The notes under the pieces: generated by a model
The model's database searches: none
What the model saw: only the letters and a program-made list of their open reading frames with translations
Told to the model about the DNA's origin: nothing
Shown here: positions 58,730-64,000 of the stretch, in pieces
Numbering within the stretch: the stretch's first letter is position 1
Layout of the letters: the number at the start of each line of letters is the position of its first letter
Program-made: the position numbers and the translations under genes
Assembly (NCBI RefSeq): GCF_009914755.1
Contig: NC_060925.1
DNA from: the human T2T-CHM13v2.0 reference genome, Homo sapiens
Direction: 5' to 3' (one strand)
DNA length: 64,000 nt

Positions 58730-59463
58730 CCTATTATCTTTTTCTTTAAGTTCTGGGATACATGTGCAGAACATGCAGGTTTCTTAGATAGGTATACATG
58801 TGTCATGGTGGTTTGCTGCACCCATAAACCCATCATCTACATTAGGTATTTCTGCTAATGCCTTCCCTTCCCTTGCCCTCCACACCCTGACAGGCCCCTG
58901 TGTGTGATGTTCCCCTTCCTGTGTCCATGTGTTCTCATTGTTCAACTCCCACTTATGAGTGAGAACATGCAGTGTTTGGTTCTCTGTTCTTGTGTTAGTT
59001 TGCTGAGAATGATGGTTTCCAGTTTCATCCGTGTCCCTGCAAAGGACAGGAACTCATCCTTTTTTATGGCTGCATAGTATTATATGATGTGTCTATGTGC
59101 CACATTTTCTTTATCCAGCCTATCATTGATTAGCATTTGAGTTGGTTCCAAGTCTTTGCTATTGTGAACAGTGCTACAATAAATATATGTGTGCATGTGT
59201 CTTTATAGTAGAATGATGTATAATCCTTTGGGTATATACCCAGTAATGAGATTTCTGGGTCAAATGGTATTTCTGGTTCTAGATCCTTGAGGAATCACCA
59301 CACTGTCTTCCACAATGGTTGAACTAATTTACACTCCCTCCAACAGTGTAAAAGTGTTCCTATTTCTCCACATCCTCTCCAGCATCTGTTGTTTCCTGAC
59401 TTTTTAATGATTGCAATTCTAACTGGCATGAGATGGTATCTCATTGTGGTTTTGATTTGCATT
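58730..59463 (-). mobile_element. L1PA7/8-like 3' end (~730 bp)
   Basis: TAAGTTCTGGGATACATGTGCAGAAC; ORF 59295-59495 ([11 protein letters not shown]...[28 protein letters not shown]) is the ORF2 C-terminal cysteine-rich domain. Confidence 0.9.
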
Positions 59464-60469
59464 GATTTTAAATATATATAAAAAAAATAAGCCAAGTGAA
59501 GTTAGTATGTGTAAATTGCACCACATGAGGATAAAAAAGATGGCTGAATTTCATAGAAAACTATATTGTGGCATCTAACCATATCCTTAAGACTCAGTTA
59601 ATAAATACTTCTGTTTTATATGTATATGTTTGTGTCTGTGTGTGTGTGTACGTATAAAATGGTGAGAAGTATGAAAAAGTTGTAATAGAAGCAAATGAAC
59701 ATAAATTCCTCAAAAGAAAGATAGATTGGACCAAGACATCATATTCAATGTTGCACACTTTAAAATAACTGATTTATAATAAAAGTTTTAAAAGAAAAAC
59801 ATATAGTTATACTAATTAAGCTTGATGTACAAAATAATACCAAATTGGATTTAAAAAGAATTATTTTCTTAAGATACTAAAAAATTATCCTGATTTTTAA
59901 TGAGTAGTTACAATTTTATTATAACTTTTTAAAAGTTTGTTTGCCTTTAGCATTTCTTAATATTATTGTAAGCATTAACAATACTAAACAAAACAAAAAA
60001 GAGTTTGAAGATTCAGTCGAGACAAATAGAAATAACAGTAAAAAAAGTTCCCAGAAAATGCGAGCTATTTAAGGGCATGAGCCATCTCTTATGTTATTTT
60101 GGTTAAATAAATGTCTCAGATCGTTAGCTACGAGACCCTGTGCTGGGCACTGGATGAATTAGACACACTTCCTCTGTCCAAGGTCAGATGAAGTGGCTAT
60201 CTTTGCTCCTTATGTGCATATTTTTCACCTCTGTACTTTTGGTACCTAGCATAGAGCTGAACTCGTAAAAGGCAGTCAATATCCCCTTGTCGCATTGAAT
60301 CAAATGTTTGTTGTTAGACTGAACAACTGAAATTTCGGAATCGCTATGTTGAGTCATTTTGGGCTTCTCAGAAATTTTGTAAATGAAACAGAATACAGGT
60401 GTAGGGTATTTTGAACTTGCTAGGATGCAAATTATTTAACAATATTCGAATGAAATCATTGTACTTAGA

Positions 60470-60778
60470 GGCCAGGCACGGTTGTTTACACCGGTAATCC
60501 CAGCACTTTGGGAGGCTGAGGTAGGTGGATTGCCTGAGCTCAGGAGTTCTAGACCAGCCTAGGCAACATGGTGAAATCCCATCTCTACTGAAAATACAAA
60601 AAATTAGCTGGGTGTGGTGGCACATGCCTGTAATCCCAGCTGCTCTGGAGGCTGAGGCATGAGACTTGCTTTAACCCAGGAGGCAGAGGTTGTAGTGAGC
60701 CAAGATTGTCACCACTTCATTCACTCCAGCCTGGGTGATAGAGCGAGACTCTGCCTTCAAAGAAGGAAAGAAAAAAAG
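60470..60778 (+). mobile_element. Alu (S/J type)
   Basis: Full dimer; TSD ATTG(T/C)ACTTAGA ending at 60469 and 60880. Confidence 0.9.
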
Positions 60779-60865
60779 AGAGAGAGAGAAAGAAAGAAAA
60801 GGAAGAAAGAAAGAGAGAGAAAGGGAAAGGAAAGGAAAGGAAGGAAGGAAGGAAGGAAGGAAGGA
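60779..60865. repeat. Polypurine (AAAG/GA/GGAA)n tract derived from the Alu A tail
   Basis: ~87 uninterrupted purines lying inside the Alu TSDs. Confidence 0.92.
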
Positions 60866-62269
60866 ATTATTGCACTTAGAGTTCATTGCCATTTCTAGTT
60901 ATGTTAATGCTTAGTATAGAGGAGTCTGGGGTAAGGTACCTGTGTGATCTTGGGGAAGCAGCCTACTGTCCTCAAACTAGGGATTTCTCCATCTTTAACA
61001 TGAGGGCCAAAAACGGGTTATGAACCAGAAGTCGCAGTCATCTAAGGCTTCAAGGGAGGCCTTGAATTACTTAGAATGGTATGCAAAATGATTTAAATAT
61101 GTTTGAAAATATGTTTTTTTACTTGGAGAGGATCCAAACTTCAATAGATTCTAAATAAGCCTATATTGCCATCTCTCTGGTCTAAATTATCTCTAGAGTT
61201 TATTTTACTTCGAAAAATAGTTTTTAGTGTAACATACAAAAATTTTAATCAATAGATTAAAAGTAGGCAACAAACCATCAACATGTTATTATATAAGAGA
61301 AATTCCATTTTGGATTGTTGTCTGTTTTCTACCCTGATTGAATAATTAAACCGTCAAGCAGCTAATGAACATTTATTGATAATTATTATCTATTCTGAGT
61401 GGCAATAACAAAAGGAAATAGTGAAAGATATACCAATAACTTTCTTCAAAGAATCCATTATCTAATTAGAAATATTAAATCAACTTAGTCTTTCCCTTCG
61501 ATGTAGTCATGGAGGTGAATCTTACACCATGGACAATTAGAGGGAGCTATATTTAAGACTATATGGGTTTTAAGCGAAATAGATCATTTCTAGGGTATTT
61601 ATTAGGGAGATACTATTTTCAAGATGTTGTGCTAATCCAGTCATGCCAGGCATATTTATTGAGTATTGACTTGCCAGACACAAAAAAACACTAATAAATA
61701 CTATGTATGGTCTCTCAACATTAAGAAAGTGGTTTTTTTTGCAGGAAATACAAAAACAAATAATTATAGTGTTGTTATTCAGTATTATAATTCATATATG
61801 AAAGAGTTGCATGGGAGAACAGAAGCGGCACTCTAAGGTGACCCCTTTTTGTGATCCCTGGCTCTTAGTAGTTTGAAGTCTTATTGAGTGGTATAATAAA
61901 ACATGCAAACAACTAAAACATAGGACAACATATATTGTATCATGATTAGCTGCAAATTGCCATGCTGTTTCTGAGGAAGGAGGTATATTTATACCAACTG
62001 TAACAAGGAATATTTAATTCAGCAGATATTTATTGTTACTGGATTTAAGTCCTATAATGTTCATCCGACTTGTTATTCCAAGCTTAAGATGGTACTTAGC
62101 ACTTGGCATGTATTCAGTAAATATTTGCTGAACAGATAAATACATGAAGACCCACTTCATGCCAAGAATAGTGCAAAATACCCACAAACATAGAGGCAGA
62201 GAAAAATAAGTTTGTGCCCTAAAAATGCTCACAGTCATCATATACATGCGTGTGTATTTATTTTCAAAT

Positions 62270-62720
62270 CACTATGTTACATGGTAATAGAGTTGCATGC
62301 AGAGCACAAGAGGTACTTCTGAATCTTCACAGAAGAGACATTGACATTCTCAGAGAATGGGTGGCGTCTAGGAGGATGAATAGGAGCTCATGCCAGGAAG
62401 ATAGGGAAGTGGAGGAAGGAGTTCCAGACAGAGGGTGTTACATATGCATAGGCACTGGCATTTGAAAGTTTATGGATTTGGGGGATAACTATCAAATGTG
62501 TAGGATGTATATGGGTAAAGGAAAGGAGAAAGATGAGACTGGAGATGTAGACCATTGGGGACCATTTCTTAAAGGGCCTTTTCTGTCATACTAAGGAGCT
62601 GGAGTCATTCTGAAGGCCTGAGGTACACTGAGGAATTATGAAGAAAAGAGGTTATATAGGAGGTATACTCAGGAAGTTTCCAGAAAGAGTGAGGCTGAGA
62701 AGGCCCAGCTTCCAACACAC
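62270..62720 (-). mobile_element. L2 fragment
   Basis: GGATGAATAGGAG..GCCAGG; GTTCCAGACAGAGGG; GATGAGACTGGAGA; TCATACTAAGGAG. Confidence 0.65.
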
Positions 62721-64000
62721 GAGAGACATACTTACACTTCCTAGGAAGGCCCCTAGAGAAGAGAATTACAAAGATTCATTTGCTGGCTTCTCTTTCATCA
62801 TTTGTTTTTATCATTTGGAGCCTGGATACTCCAATACCTATATGGAAAACTTTGCCCTTTCCTTCCCCAAGGTACAGCTGTTAAGAGAGTGCATGAAAAT
62901 TTCCCACTACCAAATGCCATGGGTGGTTATGAGAAGCACCTCTTGTTAACAGTTAAAAAGTAAAATACATTTTGGACTTTCAGCTTTTCATTTCCTACCT
63001 ATGGGACATGGAAGAATGTTCATTGGTGTATATAAACTTGAGTTTCTTAATGTGAAAAATAAGGATAAAAGTTTTTAAGTATATATATATGCGTTTAATC
63101 AGTCTGTTGAATTAAGTCAGTAGGTGTTGAAAGACAGGATTTGTTTTTTTTCCCTTAAGTCTGCTTTTATCTTACCTTTGCAAATAAGAAGTTTTGTATC
63201 CAAACATATTATTCTTCCAAAAATTTTAAGGATAAAGATGTACTTTTAAAAGAAGCTATAACTTAGCATTTTCTTTTGGTTAAATATAATTATTCTAAAA
63301 ATGGCATATCTCTACATTATGTTTGCTTGGTAAAACTGAATATTACTCGCCTGTTTCCACAGTATGACATAAGTGGAAATAAGACAATTATAGAACATCT
63401 TCATAACAAAGTTACCATATAAAGCTTATATGAGTGGATGGCTTAATTAGATTGTTTTTAAAGTTTCAGGTAGTTCAGTTTCTTTTTTCCTGGTTTTTAC
63501 TTTCTGTTTGACCTTCAGAGAAACTAACTGTATTTACCTCAAACATTTCTTATCCACATGTCTTCAATATATAATCATAATATTTGGTACATCTGAAGTG
63601 CCTGACATCTGACGCTTCTGAATTGCTTCATAAATGTGGATTTAGGCCTTGGGGGCCAGATGGCAAAAGTCAACAGAATAAAAGTATTTATTAGGTATTC
63701 ATGATTGTACTGGGTGCTGTACTGGATAACAAAATTGAGAAAGAAAGTATTTTCTATGATTTCAGGTATCCTACAATTTAGCTAGGCAGTCCAAACACAA
63801 ATACATTTTTGAAGAGGAATAAAAGTAGTGCGCATGGAAGTGTTTGGCATCGCCTTGATGATAGATCTAACATTACCAAAGAAATGTTGTCTCAGAGCTG
63901 GACTCTCGCAGACCGTTGTGTTCTCTTAGACAAATGGAAGCTTTCCAGCTAAAACTGGCTTAATTCATTACTATTTACTTGGTAGCCAAAATAACTTACT

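Overview
Human genomic DNA; a near-consensus AluYb8-lineage element at 17712-18030 is human-specific. The window holds the CpG-island promoter and 5' end of PDE4B (cAMP phosphodiesterase 4B, long isoform PDE4B1, 1p31) on the + strand. I recognised the gene from memory of the PDE4B1 mRNA leader (…GCGGCCGCGGCGGTGCAGCAGAGGCGCCTCGGG…GGCAGCCTGAG), not from a search. Two alternative non-coding first exons lie at ~11985-12105 and ~12648-12723, each ending in a canonical donor. Everything downstream of 12724 is intron 1; the first coding exon lies beyond the window. Bases 1-11 kb are L1-dense upstream DNA. The intron is a mosaic of Alu, L1, L2, MIR, MaLR/ERVL LTRs, DNA-transposon fossils and microsatellites. 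There is no protein-coding CDS: the ORF track reflects decayed L1 ORF1/ORF2, Alu, simple repeats or GC-rich promoter DNA. I found no evidence of a new multi-gene biological system. The most interesting observations are: isoform-specific uORFs in the two first exons; a very young AluYb8a1-like insertion into the B-box of an older Alu; candidate cryptic 5'UTR exons; a motif-dense unique intronic segment; and transposon structures carrying templated-repair scars. Repeat subfamily names and boundaries are by-eye estimates (about +/-20-50 bp for old elements).
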